A stretch of 58,557 nucleotides of DNA, filler included, from Squatina squatina (lineage: Eukaryota), in the NCBI GenBank assembly GCA_031763465.1. It is 4 parts of 4 records of this genome, joined end to end, with 100 filler letters (N's around TTAATTAATTAA, not from the genome) between each part and the next. Parts side by side here need not be neighbours in the genome. Positions count along the whole stretch, not along the records: positions 14,091 to 29,549 come from JARFOE010000003.1; positions 29,650 to 42,870 come from JARFOE010000194.1; 2 more parts are not named here. One strand, written 5' to 3'. Shown in pieces: positions 22,890 to 35,270 of the stretch. The position numbers were made by a program, and so were the translations under genes. The notes under the pieces were generated by a model. That model was not told where the DNA came from, searched no databases, and was given only the letters and a program-made list of their open reading frames with translations. The number at the start of each line of letters is the position of its first letter. Positions within the stretch are counted from its first letter, which is position 1.

Positions 22890-25512
22890 GGAATTACTCC
22901 AGCCAGTGAAGAGTTTTCCACCTGATCCCCATTGACTTCAGCTTTACTGACACTTCTTGGTACCGCACTCTATCGAATGTTTCCTTGATCTCAATGGCAG
23001 TCACTCTCACCTCACCTCTGGAATTAAGCTTTTTTGTCCATGTTTGGATCAAGGATGTAATAAGAACTGGAGCAAAGTGGTCCTGGGGGAACCCAAACTG
23101 AGCATTGGTGAGCAGGTTATTGGTGAGCTTGATAGCACTGTCGACAACGTCTTCCATCACTTTGCTGATGATTGAAAGTAGACTGATGGGACGGTACTTG
23201 GCCGGGCTCGATATGTCTTGCTTTTTTTGGACAGGGTGCACCTGGGCAATTTTCTGCATTATCGTGTAGATGCCACTGTTTTAGCTGTACTGGAACAGCT
23301 GGATTTGAGGCACGGCTAATTCTAGACCTCAAGTCTACAGCACAAAAGCCGGAATGTTGTTGGACCCATAGCCTTTGCTGTGTTCAGTGTGCTCAGCCAT
23401 TTCTTGATCTCATAGTGAATCGAATCGGTTGGTAACTGGACATTAATGAATCCCACCCAGAGTACATTCCATGCCCTTTCTACCCTCAATGCTTCCTCCA
23501 AGTGGTGTTCAATACTGAAGAGCACTGGATTCATCGGCTGAGGGAGTGCGGTGGGTGGTAATTAGCAGGAAGTTTCCTTGCCCATACTTGACCTGAAACT
23601 ATGAGACTTCATGGGGTCCGGAGTCAATGCTGAGGACTGTCGGGCTCACTCTCCAGGGTTGCTGATCGAGGAGTCTGGGACATTGGCTAACGTGTGTGTT
23701 TCTATGACCTTACCTGAGGATCCGGGAGCCATATAAAGTTGCTGTCTTCTGCCTCCACAGCTGGGCATGCACAACGGGGCTCTTCTCTTTCGTAAGTATG
23801 TCCTTCAGAGAGACTGGAGAGGTCACATGGGAGGCCCCAACCAATCAGGTAGTATTATATCTCATTCAGACTTTGACAGATCAGTTCCTTATTTGACAGA
23901 TCTGTAAAAGTATGAGTGACAGATACAAAACTACACAAGCACATCGAAAAACATTTTAAAAATGAGAAATAATACAAAATTTTTTAAAATGAAAAATATA
24001 TCTTTTAATGTTTAAAAATATACTTACCTTATTGGGAATGGTATTAAAGTAATGTACCATTATATTTTTTTGATTTTTACATTTTTAAAAATGCTTGGTT
24101 TTACAATGAGTAAAAAAAGTTAGAGATTTCCACGGGCAAGAGTTGACAAAATATCGTAACTCTCCGCCCTGGAAACCTCTTTTCCAACAGAAGCGCATGA
24201 TCTATCAAGCCAAATCTTGACAAGTCGCAAGTTCTGGATCTGTGGGCAGGTGCAGTGCAGCCCGAGATTCGGAACTTGAGTTCCCCCCGGGTGAGTGGGA
24301 ACATTATAAGCACCCGGGGGGATTGCAGTTTCAAGGTCATTAAGTATGGCAATATCACAAAATTACTTGACTAATGTATGCTCTGCCTCTCTCCGCTTTG
24401 ACAATAGTCCCCAGATGTTAGTAAGGAGGAGTTTGCAGGGTCTACTGGGCTTGATGTCCTTTGTCGTCTCTGAATCCAATGCTGAAGCCGAGTGCTCTGC
24501 CATGTTTTATTTTTATACATCCTCCTTTATAGCGGCTCGCTGGGCCATTTCAGAGGCCATCACATTGGTAAAGGACTGGAGACACGTATCGACAGTCTTT
24601 TTTACTGATATCAGCTTTTTATTTCCAAATGTTACAGATTTCGATTCGCAAGCACCACGGTGAGACTTGATCTCTTGTCTCTGGATTAGTAGGCCAGTAA
24701 TATAACCAGCTCGCTGCCGCATGTGATGTCCATTGTCTGATTGCATCTCTGATGTGCCTTTCGACATTTTTCTATATTCAAGGCGGTATATAAATATAAG
24801 CCTTGATGATGAATGTTCTGACTACACAAGACCAGCGCTGGCCATGTGCTCCTGGTGACTGAGGTTTCATAGCGGCAACGGGTAGTGCAATATAATGGGT
24901 GTCAAAAATTTCAAATACTGAGGGGAAAGGTGATTGGGTGATTCGATTTTTCATTATTAGTTATAATAATATTTATTATTATTATGCGATTCACCTGCCC
25001 AATAAATTAACAGTGGTTGTTTCGATTCGTTGTTGAAGTTTCTTAGTTTTCCAGCTGCTTGCTTCCTTCACTTCAGAATCTCCCCTGGCTGCCACTTCAG
25101 TTCCAATTCACTGCTCTCTTTGTACTCCATAAATAACAAAATATGACCACAGGAAGTAAATGTGAGAAACAAGTGTATCTTATTGTCAATCAGTGATCTG
25201 ATGTCATGTTGCACACTGAAGGAAAGAGAAAACTAGTCCCATTAAAGCTACTGCAGCTGATCCGTCATCCCTTGTTCTCCGAGAACAATATTTTGTTTTA
25301 GTTTCATCTGATTTATTTGCCATTGATGAGTGAATGAAGATCTTTACAGAATAGTCAGTCTATGTTCAGAATGGATCAGTACCTAACACAGTGACTGCTT
25401 TCTGTGCTCAAAAACAACTGGGAGACCACATCACAGAGCAGATCATTTCCTTCTCATTCTCAGTGTTTGTCTTTACTCCACTTCTCAATATATTCATTAT
25501 TATTCTCTACAG

Positions 25513-25684
25513 TCTGTCACTGAGCTCATGGAGAAAGGAAACCGGGCGGACAGTTACAAACTTCTCCTGAACCTGGTGATGGAGAAAGGCTCTCGGGCCC
25601 GAAGGCTGATGTGGGAATCCTTTGTGAAAATGCGCCATGGGGTACCAAATTTGGACAGAATATTGAAGGAAATAGAAGAACTCG
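25513..25684 (+). pseudogene. NLR N-terminal exon, copy 2 (splice donor mutated)
   Basis: AG at 25511-25512. Translates SVTELMEKGNRADSYKLLLNLVMEKGSRARRLMWESFVKMRHGVPNLDRILKEIEEL. At the position of copy 1's GT donor the sequence reads GA (25685-25686). Confidence 0.8.
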
Positions 25685-25789
25685 GAACAGTAAATTCGCA
25701 CACTGAATCAATATTCACATTCAAACACTGCAGAATTCTCTATAGTATTACACAGATCAAATTTCACAAAAGTTAATTGATTTAAACAG

Positions 25790-25855
25790 GTTCTGATCCA
25801 TTTGATCATATGAACATCGCACGAGGTTTATCTGAAGTACCCGGTCACCTGAAAG
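25790..25855 (+). pseudogene. NLR linker exon (66 nt), copy 2
   Basis: CAG acceptor at 25787-25789. Translates (G)SDPFDHMNIARGLSEVPGHLK, followed by GTAAGT. Its phase-1 end joins 27466 (G+AT = Asp). Confidence 0.8.
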
Positions 25856-26109
25856 GTAAGTGATGACATGGAGATTTCAAAGCATTTATTTCACTTCTTA
25901 GAATTTAAATGTTTGACTGATATTTGCTTAGAGATTGTCAGAATCCGAAGTTCAAAGGCTGGGGGGAAAAAGCAGAAAGGTTTATTTGGATATGTCAATC
26001 TTCAAATCTTCTGCATAAATTGCAGTTACTATTCGCTCAAATTTCTGAATAATTTGTAAGTTTGCAGATATGTATTACTCCAATTAATCCAGGTGCAGGT
26101 CGCTATCAG

Positions 26110-26447
26110 TTGTGAAACCGAATACACACGTGGCAGGATATTGATGTACTGTGAAACCCCAGATATACCTGGCAGCATCCTGATACACTGAAACTCCAGA
26201 CACACCTGGCAGGATCCTGATACACTGTGAAACTCCAGACACACCTTCCAGGACCCTGATACACTGTGAAACCCCAGACACACCTGGCAGGATCCTGATG
26301 CACTGTGAAACCCCAGACATACCTGGCAGGATCCTGATACACTGAAACTCCAGACACACCTGGCAGGACCCTGATACACTGTGAAACTCCAGACACACCT
26401 GCCAGGACCCCGATTCATTGTGAAACCCCAGACACACCCGGCAGGAT
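26110..26447 (+). repeat. Minisatellite of 37/39-bp units (copy 2, about 9 units)
   Basis: Same unit as 15921-16089, at the equivalent intronic position after the 66-nt exon. Confidence 0.92.
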
Positions 26448-27465
26448 TTTCTTTTTTTCGTTCCTTGGATGTGAACATCTCTGGCAAGGCCAGCATTTAT
26501 TGCCCATCCCTAATTGCCCTTGAGAAGGTGGTTGTGAGCTGCTTTCTTGAACTGCTGCAGTTCATATGGTGAAGGTTCACCCACAGTGCTGTTAAGGAGT
26601 GAGTTCCAGGAATTTGACAAAGCAATGATGAAGGAACAGCGATATATTTCCGGTTTCCTTATCTTGTTCGACGCCAATGCTGAGGTTGCTGCTAGGTGAT
26701 TCGTCTGATTTTATTCTTCCAAGTCTCTTCCAAACAAAACATACCCAATGCCTGCACCCTTTCCACTGCCTTAATTCCTGACACACGTGATCATCTTATC
26801 CCTCTCTGTGTCTTTACCATTGCAATTACATTCTTCTTGACTATAGGTGATTAGAAATGCAGACAATACCTGCCCAGGATCTGACCCACTACCAGTGGAA
26901 CTGCTATCCATTCACAGTCTGTCCCTCACCCAGTGAATACACTACCCCAGATAACCTGCCCCAAAGCCTGATACAATAACGGTGCAAATTCTCTCGTTTC
27001 ACAAACTTTCTCTCTCCCAGTACCCTCACAGTAGATCTTCTGTACATTGTTCCTCTCGGTGAGCAACCAATCCTGTTTGCCATTGCAGCAGAAGATAAGC
27101 GCTACTGACAGTGTCAAAGGTTGATCCACCTGAATGTATACTGTCGTCTAACCAGGATCATGTGTGGATTCTAATGAGATGGCTATCGTGCAGGGCAGGC
27201 CGGATAGGGTTAACCATCAGAGGGAAAGTATCACCTTCATAGAAATCTCCATGTTCAGTAAATACTGGAAACAAGTGAGGATTTGAAGCTTTCCTCGGCC
27301 ATTGTTTATTTTGAAGCGAGGTTTCCATTCACTGAGTTTTATTTCCACGCTCATCTCAAGTGAAGCTGTGAATTAAATCTTGCAATATTTTGCTGATATT
27401 GAGAAACCGTTTTAATGTTAATACAATTAAAGTTGGGCAACACGTTGTGTCTGTTCCTGTTGAAG

Positions 27466-28937
27466 ATCTTCAAGAGAAACACAAGGAAACACTCCGGTTA
27501 CAAACTGAAACACTGAGAGTGAACACTATCCTAATGAAGGAGAAGGTTCAGGTTTTCCAGCTGGTTGATCGATACGCTGAGCTAACTGTCATTTCTACAG
27601 TTCAAAATCGGACACTTGTAGAACACGAACTGTTGGCAAGAGGCCGAGACCATGAAGAGTGGAGAGAGAAACATCTCCGGAGAGAACTCGAAAAAATCCG
27701 AACTGATCAATTGTTCCAGAGCAGTTTTTCTTGGGGAGAATCCAATTCTGGGAGTTCAGCAGCAGTGAGTGGAGTCGCAGGGATTGGAAAAACAACAATG
27801 GTACAAAAGATTTTTTGTGACTGGGCCACTGGGAAAGTATACCCACACTTTCAACTTGTTTTCAGTTTTAAATTCAGAGATTTGAATTCTATTAACTGTA
27901 GGTAAACCTGAGGAATCTGATACTGGATCTGTATCCTTACTTTGGGAATATTTTTGGAGAGCTCTGGAAGAACCCAGAGAGATTGCTCTTTATATTCGAT
28001 GGTTTGGATGAATTCAAGGGCAGGATTGATTTTGCTGACAATCGGAGAAGTTCAGAACCTCAGCAGATGTGCACAGATCCCGAAGACTGGTGTGAAGTTT
28101 CTGACATTGTGTACAGTTTAATACAGCACAAGCTGCTCCCAGGATGTTCAGTGCTAGTGAGCAGCCGCCCCACTGCATTACATTTATTTGAAGAGGCTGA
28201 GATCAGTGTCTGGGCCGAAATCCTGGGATTTGTTGGTGAAGAACGGAAGGAATATTTCAGTAAGTTTTTTTGGAGATCAGATGGTGGCTGAACCTGTTTT
28301 CAAACAGGTGGAGGAGAACGAGATCCTGTACACCATGTGTTACAACCCTTCCTACTGCTGGATCCTCAGTCTGGCACTGGGCCCCTTCTTTACAGATAGA
28401 GACAGGAAACAGCAGCGAGTTCCCAGGACCATCACCCAACTATATTCCCACTATATTTAAAACATTCTGAAAAACTGTTGCCGAGAGATTGAAAGCCCCC
28501 GTGTTGTGTTACTGAAGATTGGTGAGATGGCCTTCACAGGAGTCTCCGAGAAGAAGATTGTGTTTAGAAATGAAGATTTGATCAGGTTCAATCTGCAACC
28601 TTCCCAGTTCCTGTCTGGGTTCATGATGGAACTTTTAGAGAGAGATGATTCTGCACATTTGCACTTGCACAATTACTGACTCCAGATTCATCGGACATCC
28701 GGAAACTCCTCATTGAAGCCCACAGCAAGAAAGATGGGTGATTTGAGAGATTGCTCTGTTTTGTTGCAGGTCTCTCCTTCCCATGGTCACCTCGGCCCCT
28801 GGAGGAGTTTCTGGGTCCATTTCTTCATCAAACCACCTGCGAAGTCATTGATTGGATGAAGGAGAAGGTTGAAGGACAGATTGAGGACAAAGAGAGGAAA
28901 ACTGTTAAAAAGGACCTGCTGAACACATTGCACTACT
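27466..28937 (+). pseudogene. NACHT-domain exon of an NLR (NLRP3/NLRC3-like type), pseudogenised
   Basis: Walker A GVAGIGKT (27771-27794), Walker B LFIFDGLDE (27986-28012), sensor-like SVLVSSRP and MCYNPSYCWI. Disruptions: frameshift with TAA at 27903-27905, +1 in a T7 run at about 28265-28271, TAA at 28458-28460, apparent deletion at about 28655 where the F-x-H-L-T/S-x-Q-E-F motif should be, TGA at 28739-28741, and truncation by a TE at about 28938. Confidence 0.93.
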
Positions 28938-29549
28938 TAAATACAAAGAAAAAGTGCTGGATAAACTCAGCAGGCCAGGCAGCATCGGTGGAGAGAAAAA
29001 CAAAGTCAACTTTTTGGGTCGATGACCCTTCGTCAGAACTGAAAAAAGTCAGAAATACAGCAAGTTTTAAAGCACTGACAGGCAAAGTGGCGGGGGGTGT
29101 GAGGGCAGAGGGTAGGACAAAGGCTAACATAATAATGTGATTGTCTGGAAGGCAGAAGAGATTCAAGGCAATCAGAGGTAGTGATGGCAACATTATGAAG
29201 CATATTAACTAGATGGGTGTAAACAAATAGAGAAAAAAAACCCAGAAACACAGAGAAGCAGCCATGTGTGTAGGGAAAATGATTCAATGTAAAAGGAGAA
29301 AAGAAAAAAATGAAGGAAATGATAGAGCAGAGGTTATGCTCTTAAATTGTTGAACTCAATGTTCAGTCCAGAAGGCTGTAAAATGCCTAATCGAAAGATG
29401 AGGTGTTGTTCCCCGAGCTTCCGTTGACTTTCATTGGAACAGTGTAACAGGCCAAAGACAGAAAGGCCAGACTGGGAGTGATGTGGAGAATTAAAGTGAC
29501 AGGCGACTGGAAGTTCGGGATCACGCTTGCGGACTGAACGGAGGTGTTC
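28938..29549 (-). mobile_element. Penelope-like element 3' end (GIY-YIG C-terminus plus pseudo-LTR) inserted in the NACHT exon
   Basis: Minus strand translates EHLRSVRKRDPELPVACHFNSPHHSQSGLSVFGLLHCSNESQRKLGEQHLIFRLGILQPSGLNIEFNNL, typical of PLE GIY-YIG C-termini. The tail gatgctgcctg.cctgctgag...tccagca recurs at about 150-190, 20395-20530, 37039-37127 and 54440-54590. Confidence 0.85.
29004..29040 (-). ncRNA. Minimal type I hammerhead ribozyme motif, degenerate
   Basis: Minus strand reads AGTT-CTGACGA-A-GGGTC-ATC-GACCC-AAAAA-GTT-GACT: CUGANGA box, stem II and stem I are present, but GAAAC is mutated to AAAAA. Confidence 0.65.
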
Positions 29550-29649
29550 NNNNNNNNNNNNNNNNNNNNNNNNNNNNNNNNNNNNNNNNNNNNTTAATTA
29601 ATTAANNNNNNNNNNNNNNNNNNNNNNNNNNNNNNNNNNNNNNNNNNNN
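29550..29649. other. Artificial scaffold-joining spacer
   Basis: N run with TTAATTAATTAA at 29594-29605. Confidence 0.95.
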
Positions 29650-32600
29650 TAAAAACTTAGTAAACTGAAGAAATGCAACATTTCGTGGAATTCAAGAATT
29701 TGCACATAAAAGTGTTATTTTATTGACAATAGGTCTTGTATGAATTTAAAATTAAGACATATTTAAAATAATTACATGTCAGAATTAAAGTAGGGTTGAA
29801 AATTCCAAAAATATGAACCCCACCATAAGAATCTCTCCATAAGATAACTAAAGCATACTGTCATAAGGAACAATTCATATTCATATCCTGTGGCATTTTA
29901 ACCTGGCAATGAAAATTTATCAGGACACCTAATATTCTGATTGAAATTGAAACACTGACTCAAATAATCAAATCTAATCACAGGAAAGATGTGTTTATGT
30001 TGACTGTTTGCTTGGGCAGTATTGATTTGGTAGCCTTTACTGGTTAGAAAAGTGACAGCAACCATGGAGTACAACAGTTTATTAAAGTGTGGCAGAGTTA
30101 CTCGCTAATTTTGAATTTCATTTTCTTTCTCTCCAAATTTCTCCACTCCTTTTTTCTGAAGGATTGATCCCCATTTCTGGGGTGTGGTTCCATGGTAGGA
30201 GTCACCCCCTAATACCTTACCAAAGTGATCATTAGTCACATGGGAGCCTTGACAGTGAGAGTCGGCTGGCTACCCAGTGGGGAGGACATCACAGCTAAAT
30301 CCAATCCTATCTTCATCTGGCATCTATGCATACACACTTCCAGCAGGAGTCACTGTTTGACAGTCAGGGGTTGGAACTCGATGATTCTCCTTTCCATAAC
30401 CAGGGCACTGAGGCCAATTGTGATTTCCACCTGACTGAGAATCCCTAACAGTGCAGTTTGGATTCTGGTTCATGATATAACACACCCAGTGCTAGATCTA
30501 CATTTTGATGGCCAACGTGCAAAGCATTTCCTGGGCAGAGCTGGGTCCCCTGCACCGAAATGCAGTGGATCATGGCCCCAGATAAGGGATGTGCTTTCAA
30601 TTAAAAAGAAATCCCCTTCCAATCTTTGGGATTTCAGGCCGCTGGTGAACCCCACTTTTTCTGCTCTCATCCATCGATGACCTTGCAGGGATGGGTGTAG
30701 GCTTATTCTCTATTCTTATAACACAACTTGTTTGGGGAAAATCCATGACAGTGCACATTGTACACAGTCAATTGGAAGGAAAATGCTTAATGGGCTGAAT
30801 TGCCTTTTCAAATTTTAACACTATGTTGATGAAGCTACTAAAGCTGTTGTATGTGAATGAGTAGGAAATGTAAAACTTGCTAATCTTTTCACTGTAGCTT
30901 TAGATGTTATTAACCTCAGTGAATAGATATTTACTGTTGAAGATTAATGAACTGAGTGTACGAGTTTGGCAAAGTGAATATGGTTCCTTGATAGTAAAAT
31001 AGAGGACAGATTTTGGTCTCATAATGCACTAAAGCCTGTTTAGCATACTCATTAAAATGTGAAAGCCCCATTAAAACATATAAGTGCTGAACATGGCAAA
31101 GTTCTTCAAAGCCCATGCAAGCAGTGTCTAAAAAATGAAAGATTTTATAACTTCAGTATATGTTGCTCAGTAGGACAAAACAATGCAGTTAAATAACTTG
31201 CAAATTAAGTGTATACATTTATCTGGGACATTTTACAGATAATAATTGACTGCATCAAAACTCAAGATTCTTCATCCAACTTGAGGATTTCTGTATTAAG
31301 CTGTTTGGTATCCCCACATATCTATCTGCTTTGTGTGTGGGAGAGAAATTAGAAAAGAGCTAGCAAAACATCTAACATGAACTTTAAGAACAGCAGTCCA
31401 ATAGCCTATAGTTGATCTCTTGACTGGTCATCAAGTTATCTTGGGTTCAACTTGCCTGTCACTATCATATTGCGTCTCCATATTGTGTGGGTTTTATAAG
31501 TCAGATAGCTGGATGGAGTGCCTCATATCCTACCCTACCGCTGATACAAGGAAAAACTGGTGCAAACAGCCTTTCACTTGAGGTTAGGAATGTGTTAACA
31601 NNNNNNNNNNNNNNNNNNNNNNNNNNNNNNNNNNNNNNNNNNNNNNNNNNNNNNNNNNNNNNNNNNNNNNNNNNNNNNNNNNNNNNNNNNNNNNNNNNNN
31701 AAGTTGGAATAATGAATTAATATTGAAGGAAAGAAGCTTGTAAACTTTTGCACATTAATTGCAATAATACTGTAGTTATCAGAAAAATTATTTATAATTT
31801 CAAGTGACTAAAATCTTTATTAGAATGAGTGCATGATGTACTAACTACTTCCAACCTTAACTGGCTAATGATGAGATGATTGGATCCAACATGTCCATAA
31901 AATTTGAGAAAATATACTGTTTCAAAGACAAAAATAGAATTTAGAAAATACTTGCAATGGAGTCATGAATACTGAATGAAGTTTTTATAATTTTTTGAAG
32001 CATAATGTCTTGTGTTTCCAATGGAACTGAAAACAGTTGCTTCATTTTATGCATATTTGACAATTGTAGCCGTAATGTAAAATAAATGGATGCATAGAAA
32101 CAGCAGTTTTGTATTTTAGGGTGCATTATTTGTATACATTTTATGTAAGAATAAATTGGGTACTTAAACTCTGCAGCAGCACACAAATCCGCCCCCACCA
32201 CCACCATAAGATAAGCTTCCAATCAGAGGTATTCACCAGGATTATTCAAGTTAGGATAGCTGTGGAAACTGCAGTAAGATCAGCCTATTTGACTTCATAT
32301 CACCTGAGAATAAAAATATCATGGGTCCAGAGTAATATCCACTGACTTGCGAAATTTTCCACCTGCTACACCACACATCATCTACATATTTATGAATCAA
32401 ATTCTTTCCATTAACATGTGTGCTGGAATTGCAATTGGAGTCACTCCCTGAACATTGAGGAACCTTGCCATTCTGTGAAGTACCAACTGTTCCTGCTACT
32501 GTTCTGACCAATTTATAGCGGGGTAGCAGAGAAGAATCCAGGCCCTTTAAATTTAGCAAATACAACAAATCATAATGCTCGGTAGAAAAAATAATGTAAG

Positions 32601-32759
32601 TACTGAGGAATAACATTTTTGGGAAGGAAACAAAGTTCACGTGGATTTAAAGTAAATTTTGTAAACTTGTAGGTAAATAGTATTACACATATTATATATT
32701 AGAATTTATGGGTTTTGATATACCCAAGGTAATCTTCTGACCGTATATCCGCGCCATCA

Positions 32760-33365
32760 CTAGGATTGTCTATTTCAACTCCATAACATCGCTTGACGAT
32801 GAAACCCTCATCGGTGCCTTTGTTACCTCCAGACCTGACTATTCCAATGCATTCCTGGCCAGCTTCCCATCTTCCACCCTCTATAAACTTAAGCTCATCC
32901 AAAACTCTGCTGCCCCGTATCCTAACTGACATCAAGTACCGTTCACCCATCACCCCTGTGCTCGCTGACCCACACTGGCTCCCAGTTAAGCAATGCCTCG
33001 ATTTAAAAATTCTCATCCTTGCTTTTAATCCCTCCACGGCCTCGCCACTTCCTATCTCTGTAACTTCCTCCAGCCCCACAACCGCCCAAGATATCTGACT
33101 CCTCCAATTCTGGCCTCTTGCGTAATCTCAATTTTAATTGCTCCATCATTGGTGGTCGTGCCTTCAGCTGCCTTGGCCCTAAGCTCTGCAATTCCCTCCC
33201 TAAACCTCTCCACCTCTCTACTTCTATTTCCTCCTTAAAGACGCTCATTATCTGCCCCAATATCTCCTTATCTGGCTCGGTGTCAAATTTTGTTTGATAA
33301 TGCTCCTGTGAAGCGCCTTAGGACATTTTACTACTTTAAAGGCACTATATAAATGCAAGTTTTTT
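32760..33365 (+). mobile_element. L2-type LINE 3' end; tail fragments also at about 6770-6950 and 38255-38384 (minus strand)
   Basis: Translates ITPVLADPHWLPVKQCLDLKILIL (the L2 ORF2 C-terminal LHWLP motif), then ggtcgtgccttcagctg, and ends aaaggcactatataaatgcaagt. Confidence 0.8.
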
Positions 33366-35152
33366 TTTAATTCATTCATGGGATGTGGGCATCGCTGGCA
33401 AGGCCAGCATTTATTTTCCATCCCTAATTTGTCTTGAGAAGGTGGTGGTGAGCTGCCTTCTTGAAACGTTGCAGTCCATGAAGTGAAGGCACTCCCACAG
33501 TGCTGGTAGGGAGGGAGTTCCAGGATTTTGACCCAGCAACGATGAAGGAATGGCAATACACTTCCAAGTCAGGATGATGTGTNNNNNNNNNNNNNNNNNN
33601 NNNNNNNNNNNNNNNNNNNNNNNNNNNNNNNNNNNNNNNNNNNNNNNNNNNNNNNNNNNNNNNNNNNNNNNNNNNNNNNNNNTAGAATTCAGAATAGTAT
33701 TTACCCACACAAGCACAGATGCCAAATAAGAATGTACTTTAAGCAGCCCCACAGGATGAATGTAGTAGTATGACTTATTGATTAGGACTAAACATCTTGA
33801 GTGATCTATGAAACAGGTTCCCCCATTCAAGGACAGGGCCAACAATCAACTCACCCACATCAGCTAGTCTGGGATATTTACTCCATCCTGCTTACAGAAA
33901 TACCGAGCAGTAACCAATTTTAAGCCTGTCTGTGCAGTGATGAGCAAGAAAGAATCCATTAAATGATCCATCATAGACAAAAATGCTTCATTTTTTTCAT
34001 AGTACCCATTGTTAAGCTAAGTAACTAGTTTAATTCATTTCATTTCTTGTCCAATAGAGAAGAGGGATGTTGTGCAACTCACAGTCANNNNNNNNNNATT
34101 CTCACTTCCTTATATGTTTGGTTAAATTTACATCTGTGCTCGAGTTCTTAATTACTTCAAGCATGGGAAACTGGCTGGTGAATGAGGGAGTTTCCATCTT
34201 TGTGATTGTAAGTACTCCAAATGTAAAAAGCAATTGAGAAATATTTCAACCTTTTACATGCTGATTTATTCTTCTTGTTACCTCGTACCAATACTGTGGG
34301 AAATGAATGAAAGGAATTAAGGTAACAATAATTCTTTGCTCATGTNNNNNNNNNNNNNNNNNNNNNNNNNNNNNNNNNNNNNNNNNNNNNNNNNNNNNNN
34401 NNNNNNNNNNNNNNNNNNNNNNNNNNNNNNNNNNNNNNNNNNNNNTGCTTGCTGATCCTGCTGCCAGTGTGCCGAAATCTGTTGTCATTCATGAGAGGAT
34501 CATGTGGGGTAAGACCTTAAAAAATCTGTATGATTGTACAAAACTGTGTACATTTTTCACCCTTTTTAAAAAATATATATTTTTTGCCCCCTGTCTTCAA
34601 GTCACACATCGTTTCTCATTTGAGAAGGTGGGCAGGTGACGAGCTTTCAGGCTCCTCCCAGTGGTACTTTAGATGCAGCCATTGGAATAGCCTGAAAGAA
34701 GCTCTGCAGGATCTTCCTCCTGATTTTCAGTTTCAGTACTTGGTTGAAATCTGGAAATCACAAGTAAAATTCTGCGTTACTAGTCAAGACACAACACATG
34801 TGAACAACACAAATGTGCATCACCGTGTTGCTGACGAGGATTATTTCTGTTTCGAGTATTTAATCGATTAATTATTTGTAATTCAGTAGCCGACGACTGT
34901 ACCTCAGGACAGGAATATTTTATGTCCTTTTTCCCTCATCCATTGAAAGCACTGACGAATATCGAAGAAGGATTCCATGGATACAAGGACCCGTCCAGTA
35001 TCTCACCCAAGTGGCCAGTTTTTAAAGGGCAGGTTAGAATACATTAAAGGGCNNNNNNNNNNNNNNNNNNNNNNNNNNNNNNNNNNNNNNNNNNNNNNNN
35101 NNNNNNNNNNNNNNNNNNNNNNNNNNNNNNNNNNNNNNNNNNNNNNNNNNNN

Positions 35153-35270
35153 CCTCAGTACTGCACTGGAGTGTCAGCCTAGATTTATGTGCTCAAGTCC
35201 CTGAAGTGGGACTTGAATCCACAACTTTCTGACTCAGAGGCGAGAATGCTACCCACTAAGCCACAGTTGG
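35153..35270 (-). mobile_element. SINE 5' head with Pol III A and B boxes
   Basis: Minus strand reads tgtggcttagtgggtagc...tgagtcagaaagttgtggattcaagtcccac...ttgagcacataaatctaggctgacactccagtgcagtactgagg. No complete tRNA cloverleaf. Confidence 0.7.

Larger units (their letters stand above)
19900..24500 (-). mobile_element. Second LINE family (CR1/L2 group), decayed and interrupted by several insertions; 3' ends of the same family at about 26460-26660, 33365-33582 and 37650-38000
   Basis: RT segment KIAQVHPVQKKQDISSPAKYRPISLLSIISKVME...QFGF...VRVTAIEIKETFDRV (22894-23259). The 3' region at 19900-20222 resumes at about 22042. Confidence 0.8.

Noticed and set aside
26029-26496. Repetitive Cys/Ser/Gly-rich ORFs on the minus strand (also 45133-45799)
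   Set aside because: These are translations of minisatellites, open in several frames at once.
32251-32640. 129-aa minus-strand ORF, and a plus-strand AGIAIGVTP resembling the NOX GIGVTPF motif
   Set aside because: No recognisable homology. The plus-strand motif is followed at once by a stop, lies upstream of the FAD exon (wrong order) and lacks splice signals.
35153-35270. tRNA gene
   Set aside because: Only A/B boxes followed by SINE body sequence; no complete cloverleaf.
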